A stretch of DNA of 55,917 bases, filler included, from Dugesia japonica (Eukaryota), in NCBI GenBank assembly GCA_001938525.1. It is 5 parts of 5 records of this genome, joined end to end, with 100 filler letters (N's around TTAATTAATTAA, not from the genome) between each part and the next. Parts side by side here need not be neighbours in the genome. Positions count along the whole stretch, not along the records: positions 11,699 to 20,244 come from MQRL01480737.1; positions 20,345 to 30,668 come from MQRL01616517.1; 3 more parts are not named here. One strand, given 5' to 3'. The notes under the pieces were generated by a model, which saw only the letters and a program-made list of their open reading frames with translations, did not search any database and was not told the DNA's origin. The position numbers were made by a program, and so were the translations under genes. Shown piece after piece: positions 13,880 through 24,941 of this stretch (positions are counted from its first letter, which is position 1; each line of letters begins with the position of its first letter).

Positions 13880-16450
13880 CTTTTTTTCGGTACAAGCTAC
13901 AAATCAATTTTGAATATTATCTAAATATCTTCAATTAAGATGGAAGGTGTTTAGGACATACCTCGGTGCACTAACGATAGTTCATTATGTACCGAAGGAA
14001 GAGTTGATGCGAAAGTGAGGATTGGCAATACGACTAGATGGGTTAATTTCATAGTTGTGGAAAAGGTTGGATAGATACAGCAGTAAAATATAATCAAGGC
14101 CGAATTTGCAATATTTTGGAAGGATTATTACAGATAAAGAAAGATGTCAAAAACATTAAGTGAGATAAATACATTGGAAAATGGCACGATCAATGAGTTG
14201 ATAAAGAAACATTCAAATATTTTTTGGCAGATAAATGGGACACATAAATACAGGATATTCACAAAACTGGTGAAGCATAAGATAGTAACAAAAGAGCGAT
14301 CTATAAATGTTAAGCACTGAAGGATACCTTTGAACCCAGAAGTCCAAGTATACGAATGGATACGTAATCTATTGAAAATGGAATTATACAAAAGTTCAAT
14401 TCAACATGAAACACCTTGCTAATATGTATCTGGAAAATAGAAAAAAAGACATTCGTCTCTGTCTGGATTCCCGCCAGCTGAATGTTTTTACNGAAAGACA
14501 TTCAATGNNACTTTCAATGCAAATGTAGAAAAGATTTTGGATATATNNGGTGGGTCAAAATTATTCAGCTCATTTGATTTAGGTAATGCTTACTAGAAGA
14601 AGACTCAAAAGATAAAACAGCCTTTTCAGCAAATTCAGGTCAATGCTGTTTCAATAGAATTCCGTTTGGCCCAGCTGCAGTGCCTGGAACATTCCAAGAA
14701 CTCATAACATAGGTTTTAAGTACAATAAAGAGAAAAACTATGGATTTAGACGATATTTTAATATATTTAGAGAAGTTAAAATAGCATTACAAAACACTGG
14801 ATGAAGTATTTAGTAAAAAACATTAAGCAGGACTACGAATGAGCCCGTCAAAAGTTCAATTGCTAAGAAAGGAGTTCAAATTTTTGGACTCCTCTTAAGT
14901 AATAAAGGAGTACAGACTGATCCAAAAAATTTGGTTGCAATATAAACATACGAAAGACTAGAGTGTGTAAAAGGATTGAGGAGTTTCTTGGGGATATGTT
15001 GCTATTACAGAAGATTCATAAAGGATTCTGCAAAGAAGGATAGAAACTAGAAAAACTATTCAGTGAAAATAATCAGAAGTTAATATGGACTTAGAGTTTC
15101 GAACAACTATTCAAAGATATGAAAGAATCATAAAGGAAGCCATCAATTTTGGTGTTTCCGGATGTCAGAAGGGAATTCATACTGGATACTGATGCAACCT
15201 GCAATACGAGCAGTGTTGTATTACCACAAATGGACAACAATGGACTAGAAAAGGTGATAGCGTATGGATCACACGCAATTAAAAACCACGAATTGGTATT
15301 TTGTATAACAAGGAAGAAACTGCTAATGATATCCTATGTATGCAATCACTTAAGTCATTACTTATACGGACGAAGATGTACTCTACGGACAGACCATAAG
15401 GCGATTACGTTTATGTTAACAACGAATAAACCTATAACGGCACAGTTCCAAATGGGGATCAATTACCTAAATAGATAAGGCATTCATTTACAGTATCATA
15501 AAGGTGACAAACATGGCAATGTGGATTCTCCCTCAAGGCAAGCATATGTCACATGTGTACAGTGCATGATGACAGACGAAGATCCTAAAGGGAGCAAATT
15601 AAAAATGAGAAGTTTAAATACAGTAACGGTGACATCAAAATGGCAAAGAAATAATGAAGAGATACGAATATTACGAGAACAGATCAAAGATGGCAAGAAA
15701 GAGGGATTCTAATGGATTGGTAGTCAGATATTAATACGAAACGAAACGCTATGGATCCCGAAAGATAAAAATCAGATATGATCAAAGAAATGGATCAGTT
15801 GTTAGTACACACTGGAACAGAAAAAACTGCCAAATACATGACATGACTAAGTTGTGGAGAAGTGTAAAAGAAATTGTGGACAGATGCAGGGCTTGTCGGA
15901 AAGTGAAGGTGGTAACAACTAGAACTAGACAGGAAACAAAAAAATCGGAGTTGGTGAGGCCATTTGAGAAAATATATATTGATATAGCAGGACCATAATT
16001 AGAGACTTTCTAAAAAAAAAGAAATTCATAGTAACTATTATCGATCAAAATAGTAAATATATCATTGACAGCAACAGCTAAACAAGATGAAGAGTCAATA
16101 ACTCGTGTATTAAGAGATAACTAGATGTTAAAAGTAGGAGCTCCAAAATATGTTCATACAGATTGTAGGAAGGTATTCGAGTCCCAAAAAATCAAGAAAC
16201 CGGTAAATGAGATTAATATTAAACTATAATACGAATTGACAGGTATAAAGACAATTTCGGACTATTAGAGACTGAAAATCGGCATTAATAGTAGACAGAA
16301 ATGCAAAGAATTTGGCAGAATTTCTTCCAGAGATTGAACTCGCGATGAATGGGTTAGTGCAAAAAAGCAGGTAACAGCCTGATGGAAACGGTGTTTGATA
16401 AAAACAAATCAGCAGAGAAAGGTGGTTTCCCCCTAGACAACTAGAGTCCA
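13880..16450 (+). mobile_element. Decayed Ty3/Gypsy LTR retrotransposon pol (PR-RT-RNaseH-IN)
   Basis: KTAFS..GQCCFNRIPFG; LDDILIY; LRSFLG; REFILDTDA; LRTDHKA; RPFEKIYIDIAGP, in Gypsy order. Many stops and frameshifts; no LTRs found. Confidence 0.9.
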
Positions 16451-17336
16451 AGATTTTTTAAAGGGGAATGTGAGAATGATATTTGAAATTTTTAATTTTA
16501 AATTTATATACGTAATTCAAATATTTATAAAATTTTTGAAATTTAAAATATTTGGATAAAATTATTAAAACAATTATGCGCATATTTGTTTGAATATTAA
16601 AACTTTTCACACCAAAATTTTTCAATTCTGATAAGCATTGTTCTGTATAAATGATTGATAATGAAGATTTTTTTCTGGCTAATAACATACAAACGTGATT
16701 TTCTTCTGTAAAAGCACTATTATTAGTAGAACATTTGTGTAGTTATTTATCACAACTTAAATTCCGACTTCATTTTTTACATGGTCTAAAAGTCTTAAAT
16801 GTTGAAGAGAATTAAAAAGTGTAATAATTATTCGTATCGCATTACACTTTACAGTAATCAGAAACAGCCATAATAGACTAAAAAGAGAGTTCTAGAAACT
16901 TTTAGGATTTCAAAAATTTTAAGAATGTCGATACTGGTGTATACAATATGTGATGATTTGTAGTATTTATTACATTAAATTTAATAATAGTTAATTTTCT
17001 TAACCTTATTTGCTCACAAAACACTTTACCCTCCACTCAATATGATAAAAAAATTTTAGTTTCTCTTCATTTTTCTTTCAGATTTTTTGTATCAAAACCT
17101 AAAAATTTAAAATAGTTAGATAGAATAGGTTTCATTTTTCTGTTCGAATTTAAATATTTTTTATGAGAGAGCTGATTGGTTTTCAAGTGGAAATAAGATT
17201 AAAATGAGGCTCTAATGTTGAAACAAGCACGCATTTCGTCTTTGATTCGAAAAAGTCGCTCTTCTTTTTAGATTTAATTTTTGTCAACACTGAAAGTCCA
17301 AGAAAAAATTTACCGAAGATTCTGTAAGAGCAAGCT

Positions 17337-18045
17337 GTGTTATCAAGTGAGATAATAGTAAAATTCTCACAGCCATTCATTGTAGAGCAATTTGTAAAAA
17401 ATTGTTTTCTAAAACCCAATGAAACTCTTAATCCTGATAGAAGAAAAGTGTTTGAAAAAATAAGTTTTTTTGCTAGTACGATTGCCAGCTGTATTACGGA
17501 ATTAGCGGGCAATCTTCATAAGCAACTGGTTTATATTTCAAAAGAGTTTGAAGCATGGTCAATTGCCCTTGCATAACAGATGTTATTCATTGTGTAGTAT
17601 TCATTTGACGAGTTGACAAATGTCTTAATGTAGCTGAAAAACTAGTAACTGTCCTGTCTCTGAAAGATACAATAACAGGTCCCAACATATTTCATGAACT
17701 ATAAATATGCTTTAATAGCTCTGTTCTGTCATTTGATAACCAAGAGTAAGTAGCAACTGATGGTGCACCAGTAATGTGCTCTCAAAATGTTGGTTTTTGG
17801 GTTTACTGAAAGAAAACCTGGAACGCCTTGGTGTGACGAGCAATTTTACGGCAGTATATTTTTAATTCAATAGTAAAAAATAAGTTTGAAATTAAATGAA
17901 GTTAGAGATGTTGTTGTACACACGATTAAATTTATACATCAAGAAGTCTCAGTAACAAACAGTTCAAATCCTTTCTGACTTTCAGAGATAGTGATTATGG
18001 CAAATTACTGTATCACACCGAAATTAGATGATTAAGTAAGAGAAA
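17337..18045 (+). pseudogene. hAT transposase relic (GTF2IRD2/SPIN-like)
   Basis: QPF...FVKNC; FEKIS; FEAWSIAL; ATDGAPVM; YHTEIR*LS (YHTEVRWLS). Disrupted, runs into a gap. Confidence 0.82.
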
Positions 18046-18654
18046 NNNNNNNNNNNNNNNNNNNNNNNNNNNNNNNNNNNNNNNNNNNNNNNNNNNNNNN
18101 NNNNNNNNNNNNNNNNNNNNNNNNNNNNNNNNNNNNNNNNNNNNNNNNNNNNNNNNNNNNNNNNNNNNNNNNNNNNNNNNNNNNNNNNNNNNNNNNNNNN
18201 NNNNNNNGCAAAGAAATATATTTAAAAAATAAATATAATTCGATTATATTTTTGAGGTTATAAATATGTTTATTCAGAAAGGATAATATCCATTTACAAA
18301 GGTTTTAGAAAAATCATAAAAATATTTTTTAAAATATAAAAAATGTTATGAAAAATAACATTATTATTTGGTAAATACAAGTATTGATTCATTTTCTATT
18401 TTTTAATAGTAATAAGATATTTTTATTGATTTTATTAAAATTTAATTTATAAAAATATTTAAAGTGAAAATAAAAAAAGAGCAACTGAAATGGAGAATAA
18501 ATGTAATAAAGAAAATACAAACGAAGATACAAATAACAATGTATCTAGTCTTGAATACGTTTGTAAGACAAGTTGAGTTTCTAACGAGCAAAACCATAAA
18601 TTAATTTCAAATATGGAGAATCATTCAAAAAAGAAAGCAAAGGTTCAATCTTAA

Positions 18655-19610
18655 CGAAAATACGATGAAAGTTATTTAAGCTTTGGCTTTTATTTGACTA
18701 AAAAGATTGAGAACTCTCAGCTAGTATGCATAATTTGTGGTATAAAAATATCAAACGAGTCAATGCTTTTTAGTAAACTCGTTAAACATTTGAAAAGTAA
18801 GCACTCCCATTTAGAAGACAAACCTCCAAATTATTTTAAATTAAATTATATTTGCGAACAGCAAAGAAAAGAAGCTGAATCTTTTAAGAGTTTACAAACG
18901 GTTTCTGATACAGCTCAAATAGCTTCTTACCTAGTCTCAGAGTTGATAGCACAAAATATGTAAACTCATACTTTTGTTGAGTTACTTATTTTTCCTGCGT
19001 ATCAAAAGATTTTCAGTAAGAACTGAAGCAACTAAAAGAATAAACATGATTCTCCTTTCAAATTATACTGTTAGCAGGCGTATCATTGAAATGTCTTCTG
19101 ATATTGAAAGAAATGTTAAGTAGTAATAAACTCCACTGTTCTGATTTTTTACTCCAAGTTATCGAATCAACCGACATTACCAACAAAGCTCAACTAATAT
19201 CATTCATTCGTTTCGTTAACGAAAATTAAATAATGAATCAGCAGCTATCGTGGAAATCGTGTGTAGGTGTTTGCACAGATGGAGCTCCTTCTATGATATG
19301 CTAAAATAAGGGTCTTGTATTTTATATAAAGGAACAAAAAAGAATATTATTCTAACTCGTTGTTTCCTTCATAGAGAGACCCTGGTGTCAAAAACATTAG
19401 GAAAAGATTTAAAAGAGGTATTAGATCACGTTTTCAAAATGGCGAATTTCATAAAGACAAAGTCGGTTAAATCACCTTTACTTGAACATATTTGCACTAA
19501 TATAGATTCTAAACATAGATGACTACTTTTGCACACCGATGTAAGATGGCTTTCAAGAAGAAAAGTACTTACACGTCTGCTCGAATTGCAACAAGAACTT
19601 TTACTGTTAC
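18655..19610 (+). pseudogene. hAT transposase relic (Buster/ZBED5-like)
   Basis: RKYDESYLSFGF; BED finger CIIC...SNESM..SKL.KHL..KH; CTDGAPSM; CFLHRE; LHTDVRWLSR. Disrupted and 3'-truncated. Confidence 0.88.
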
Positions 19611-19747
19611 TCTGTATAATTTTAAAATTTAAACTTTAATACTCTATAACAGTGGTTTTCAAACTTTTCTAGCTCGGGGTGCACTTTTGATATTTTAAAT
19701 CAGTAGTTGTATCTCAATCTCATAAGGTTATAAATATATTCAATAAT

Positions 19748-19860
19748 AAATTTATAACCCCTTTAGGCTTTTGCTCTGATCTGGTCTATCAATTTCAATG
19801 TAATGGGTGTAATGCCACATATATTGGACAAACTTCCAGCCATCTCTGCATCACAGTTTA
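19748..19860 (+). mobile_element. GIY-YIG endonuclease fragment of a Penelope-like retroelement
   Basis: LVYQFQCNGCNATYIGQTSSHL fits the VY..C..C...YIGxT.RHL Penelope pattern. Confidence 0.75.
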
Positions 19861-20244
19861 AAAGGATAGTCAAAATAGTGGAAATGCTAATATTGTTGGA
19901 ATGAAACACGGTCATGAAAACCGAAACAGTTTAAGGACATGAAATCATAATTAATTTGGTTAAATCTCAAATAAGAATAGATCAATAATAGTTTCAATTT
20001 TAAAAAACTTAAGTAGGTAGATAGTTCAGCACAGCACCACATACTTCTCGATCCCCCCTCCACCCCCTTCCCCCATCTTTTTTTATTTATTTATTTATTA
20101 TTTTTTGGGGGCTTTAATTTGAATGGTCGCACACATGTTTCCTGCAATTGGGTTGGTTGAAAATTTTAGGTGTGTGATTATGTAATTGGTGCCATTATTA
20201 CTGAAATTTGATTGGTCCAAATTACGCATGTGTTGATTATGTAA

Positions 20245-20344
20245 NNNNNNNNNNNNNNNNNNNNNNNNNNNNNNNNNNNNNNNNNNNNTTAATTAATTAA
20301 NNNNNNNNNNNNNNNNNNNNNNNNNNNNNNNNNNNNNNNNNNNN
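20245..20344. other. Artificial scaffold linker
   Basis: 44 N + TTAATTAATTAA + 44 N. Confidence 0.97.
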
Positions 20345-21825
20345 AAAAACCCACATCAGCAAAGAAGAACGGCAGGACCATTATATGTACCAATAATGAA
20401 ATGCAAAAGGTAAAACACGAAAATAACCTTAGAAAAGAATAAAATAAAATTGAAGATGGATACGAAGAACCGGGTGACATTAAACTAACGTACATCAGTA
20501 TCGGGAATTAAAAGAAATTATCAAATTCATAATAAAAATCAAGAAAATCAATATGAGAAAATAATCAATTAACAGAAAAATATTAATTAATTTTGAAATA
20601 AAAAGAAGTAAAATTAGTCAAAAATCCGTTTTACCCGAATAACTCCGTTCAGAAAAATCAGAGAGAATCCGGGTAAGAAAATCCAGAAAGAAAATAACAA
20701 GAAGCATTAGAATTTGTTAAGAAGAAAATCTTACCACCATCCAGAAGGTTGCTGCAGGACTTTCAAGATCGGGCCAATAAGGAACCTGAAAATAAAAATA
20801 AGATAAAGCACAATCGATCACATGAGATTTTAAAAATAACCGCCAATTGGAACGCTAAAACTCCAAGAAATTTTTAGAAAATTGGCACCAGAACCAATAG
20901 GAAGTCGAAAATTCNNGTTAAAAATAACCAACGAATATGAAAGAAGTTGGGGTGTAAAGAAAATTCATATATAAGGAATCATCAAATTAACAGAATTTAG
21001 TCATGAAAAAGTTTTTTTGTTACAAAACCCTTACGAGAAACACGGTTTAACATCAACATTCGTTATATTTCAAAAGGAAAACGCCCAGCAGGATTTCACC
21101 ACTAAGCAGAAGACAATTGAAGTTGATATAATCAGTTATCGCGCATCGAAAAAGCAGAAGTTGAAACTCTCATTATCAATCGACAGGAAAACTAGTTCAT
21201 TTACCTCTTGTGGCTAACAACCGTTGCAGAAATTCCTATTGAAAATTCCATAATAAGTGTTTGTTATGTAATATGGATTTAATATAAGTTGCAAGCTGAA
21301 TGTTATGAATTTTATACTTTAATTAATATTCTAATATAAAATTATTCTAATAACATCGAAATACGAATTTTACTAATTTGTAGTCAAATAAATTTATTTG
21401 GGTATCATGATCTCGACAATATCATCTACAACTTAAAAGATTTGATGAATTTAATTCGACTTTATGCATGAGTCATTTTCCCCTGTTCCCAATAAAACAT
21501 ACACCATCGGACAATCAATATTGCATTCTAAGTAGTAGTAATAGATGATTTACACCATAATAATGAAAATTGATTAATCAGCTAGCCAAATAATTCATTT
21601 GTACATACACACCTACTAGCATCTAATTTCCGGTGTGTATTGTTANCCACTAACGTGTTTATTAATGCTAGGCAACCCAATTCCGCGAATTTTTCAAAGT
21701 TTAGAATTTGTCTAATTGATTGAATTTTATTTCATCGAAGAAATATATTTTTGCTATGAGAAAAAAAGCGAAACTTCATCGTCCCTCATAATTTATATGA
21801 AGTTTAGTAAAAAGTGTCACCTTTG

Positions 21826-22505
21826 TAATTATTATTATATTATTATTGTGATCATTATCATTATTATTATTGTTATTATTAGTATTATTATCCTTAGTAA
21901 TATCGATGGTATTATTANNNNNNNNNNNNNNNNNNNNNNNNNNNNNNNNNNNNNNNNNNNNNNNNNNNNNNNNNNNNNNNNNNNNNNNNNNNNNNNNNNN
22001 NNNNNNNNNNNNNNNNNNNNNNNNNNNNNNNNNNNNNNNNNNNNNNNNNNNNNNNNNNNNNNNNNNNNNNNNNNNNNNNNNNNNNNNNNNNNNNNNNNNN
22101 NNNNNNNNNNNNNNNNNNNNNNNNNNNNNNNNNNNNNNAATGATTGACAATTTTAATTAATATTATTCAGTGGATTGTTATCCTTTATTGTGACGAGTCA
22201 TCATATTAATAATAACAGACGGCAGTAACTATTATTTGTAGGGGATTAAGTCACGGTTAATAATCGAGATATGACTTCTATGGTTATTTTTTTATGAGTA
22301 CAGTTATTATTAAAGTTAATATTATGGCTGACGTTATTACTACTATTCTAATTATTGTTGATAAGNNNNNNNGTATCATTATTATTATAATTATGATTAT
22401 CATTATTATTACTATTAACATTATCATTATTATTATAGTTATGATTACCGTTATTATTATTATCATTATTATTATGGTTATTATGACCATTATTATTATC
22501 ATTAG
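21826..22505. repeat. Degenerate (ATT)n low-complexity tracts around N gaps
   Basis: Imperfect ATT/ATC runs produce poly-Ile/Asn pseudo-ORFs. Confidence 0.85.
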
Positions 22506-22911
22506 TGTTATTCTTAATAGTAGGGCTATGAGTACTATTTGCTTTATTAACAATCTTTAATAATAGGTATAATGTTAACATTAATTTTACCATTGATGAA
22601 CTTCTGAATGCCGCNNNNNNNNNNNNNNNNNNNNNNNNNNNNNNNNNNNNNNNNNNNNNNNNNNTCATTAGTGTTATTCTTACTAGTAGGGCTATGAGTA
22701 CTATTCGCTTTATTAACAATCTTTAATAATAGGTATAACGTTAACATTAATTTTACCATTGATGAACTTCTGAATGCCGCTAACGAAATCTTGGGTGTTG
22801 AAACTAATGGCCCTGATAGCAATGTTAGACATTCTTATTGTGTACCCTTAGACAGTCTGAGAGAATCTCCATTCTAAATATAGCCTTTAGTTAATTATCA
22901 TTTTTTAGCCA

Positions 22912-23097
22912 ATGCCGACAGAGCTACGCCATACCTTACAGTGGATCAGACGCCAGCGACGAACCACTAGAATGAAACAGTTAATAGCCCATCCATTGAC
23001 TCAGGGAAAAATAGAACATCCTGACGAAACCGACCTCCAATGTTTCGCCGAGATGTTCCTCCTAGTTAAACAAGTTGATTTGGGTGAAGAACGATAA
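22912..23097 (+). CDS. Orphan short basic ORF (cassette 1)
   Basis: ATG 3 nt after ttttttAG; GC-richer than flanks; no recognised domain. Confidence 0.35.
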   Translation: MPTELRHTLQWIRRQRRTTRMKQLIAHPLTQGKIEHPDETDLQCFAEMFLLVKQVDLGEER

Positions 23098-23266
23098 ATC
23101 GAATGACAAAGTGCTTAATCTATGTAGTGTGAATCTTACTTCTTTTCGTCATTTTTATACTAGTTGTGTGTTAATTATCCTTTGTTTTGTTAAATTTTTG
23201 TCTTATAAACCTAAATAAATTGTCTTTAGTGCTATGGTAATGATTATTATAAAATTTTCACTAAAA

Positions 23267-23617
23267 ATGGACTCGGTTCGGGAACAGATAATGGATAGAC
23301 GAACGCACAGGATGATTTTCCGTCGCCATTATAATCCGCATAATAGAGATGCTGGTATTCTGGTGGATAGGACAAATTTACCCCCGATAGAGGCGACGGT
23401 GGCTCGCATTCAGAACTTCGACGAGAGGATGCGTTTCCAACAATGGAACGGATCGGTACGCACCCACGTCACGGCCTTTAATTATCAACCTCCAGCACCC
23501 CCTCCAGTAGTACAGGCTTTTATATCCAATTTACTCTGGGGTGTGAGAGAACCAACTGGGGTTAATGATATCGAAAACACCAGTCCTAATATCGAAAATA
23601 ATATTAATCCACAATAA
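23267..23617 (+). CDS. Orphan ORF (cassette 2)
   Basis: AAAAATGG start context; intact GC-richer frame; AATAAA overlaps the stop. Confidence 0.45.
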   Translation: MDSVREQIMDRRTHRMIFRRHYNPHNRDAGILVDRTNLPPIEATVARIQNFDERMRFQQWNGSVRTHVTAFNYQPPAPPPVVQAFISNLLWGVREPTGVNDIENTSPNIENNINPQ

Positions 23618-23783
23618 ACCTTTTTCTTTTGTACTTAGGACTGAAAATAAATAAATGTTTCATCTTGTGGTTATCCACTTGGTATCTGCATACATTTGTT
23701 AAAGGAAAACTATATTATATATTAATTCANNNNNNNNNNNNNNNNNNNNNTGTGTCTCATTGTTCATAATAATAATTTTTCAG

Positions 23784-24142
23784 TGCATTCCTCCTTGAAT
23801 AAATCACAGGCCCCGAATAAAAAACTACGAGAAACCAGTGAGGACCTCGATCTCACTTGGGATCTGTATCGGCTGGCAAAACGTCGATGGGAGGCCGAGA
23901 TAGCCGCCGCCAACAGTAAGGTATCCCGCTATAAGAAGAAATGTATCGCTTTCAAAAAGGAGGCCAAGGCATCTCACTTGCAGGAGCGAACCTGGAAGAA
24001 ACAGGTTGAGTCCTTTGTGGAAGCTATCCAGTCCAGCCATGACCGAGAAAATAAACTGGTTAACAATGTTCTACTTCTCCGGGAAAGAATCTCTCTCAAA
24101 CCATTGATGATCAAGAAGAGTAACCAAACCCCTCGGACCTAA
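23784..24142 (+). CDS. Orphan coiled-coil exon/ORF (cassette 3)
   Basis: Starts at ttttcAG|TG with no early ATG. Basic helical product. AATAAA about 20 nt after the stop. Confidence 0.45.
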
Positions 24143-24267
24143 CCCGTTTCAACTTTTATAAATAAATCTATTATTCAATCATTTTCTATTGATCAATTTC
24201 TTTTATCCTAATGTTTTACTTAAACTTAGCTGCTTAGTTGCTTAATTATTGATTTAATTTCCTTTAG

Positions 24268-24650
24268 TGTCTCGCATCAATTTTCCCAATAGTCTCCGCC
24301 AGTGTCATCGTATCATGCGCCGTCTGTTACTGGAACGGCATTTAAAGCGTAAAACAGACCAGGCTCTCCTTAAACATTTGACCCAGAAGGATAAATTGAT
24401 AAAAAGGTTGGATTTAATAGTAAAGAAGCAGAGCAATTTGGCGGCACAAGCCAAGGCCCTTGAAGTAGAAACCAAACAACTGTTACAACGGAAAATAGAA
24501 TTTCTGGAAAAGTACATAGCTGACCTTTCCCGCCAGATAGGTAATCCAACTTGGGTCCAATGGGACGACAACGATGATGTTGCCGCCTTTAATTTTTCGT
24601 TAACAGATCTGGCTCAGGGGTTAGACCCAGTAGCCTTGGATCTGTTGTAA
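24268..24650 (+). CDS. Orphan coiled-coil exon/ORF (cassette 4)
   Basis: Starts at ttcctttAG|TG. Basic coiled coil then acidic/hydrophobic tail. AATAAA at about 24662. Confidence 0.45.
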
Positions 24651-24905
24651 ATATTTTATAAAATAAATAGTGTATCGGTAATTGTGTTTCTCTTCCAATA
24701 ACTATGAAAAAATAGAGAAAATAATGAACCTGAAATCAAAGGTTTGTGGGCGTGCACCTCCCATTAAGCGAGAGGTCAACTACCATAAGCTGAATATCTA
24801 ACCTAGGGGTGTTAGGTTAAATTCTTGAAAGGGTTCCCCTGAGGGCTGTTTTTCCCTAGCCACAATTATCTTCATTCAACTCAGGTGGGACCCCAACACA
24901 TAATA

Positions 24906-24941
24906 TATACACTAATATATATATATATATATTAGTGTATA
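24906..24941. repeat. Perfect 36-bp palindrome with (AT)n core
   Basis: TATACACTAAT-(AT)7-ATTAGTGTATA equals its own reverse complement. Confidence 0.9.

Noticed and set aside
22500-22780. About 115-bp direct duplication either side of an N gap (3 differences)
   Set aside because: Typical of overlapping contig ends from two haplotypes or repeat copies; likely an assembly artefact.
21716-22822. Poly-Ile/Asn/Leu ORFs as membrane proteins
   Set aside because: They are products of (ATT)n low complexity and N gaps; the same applies at 9784-10105 and 31534-31944.
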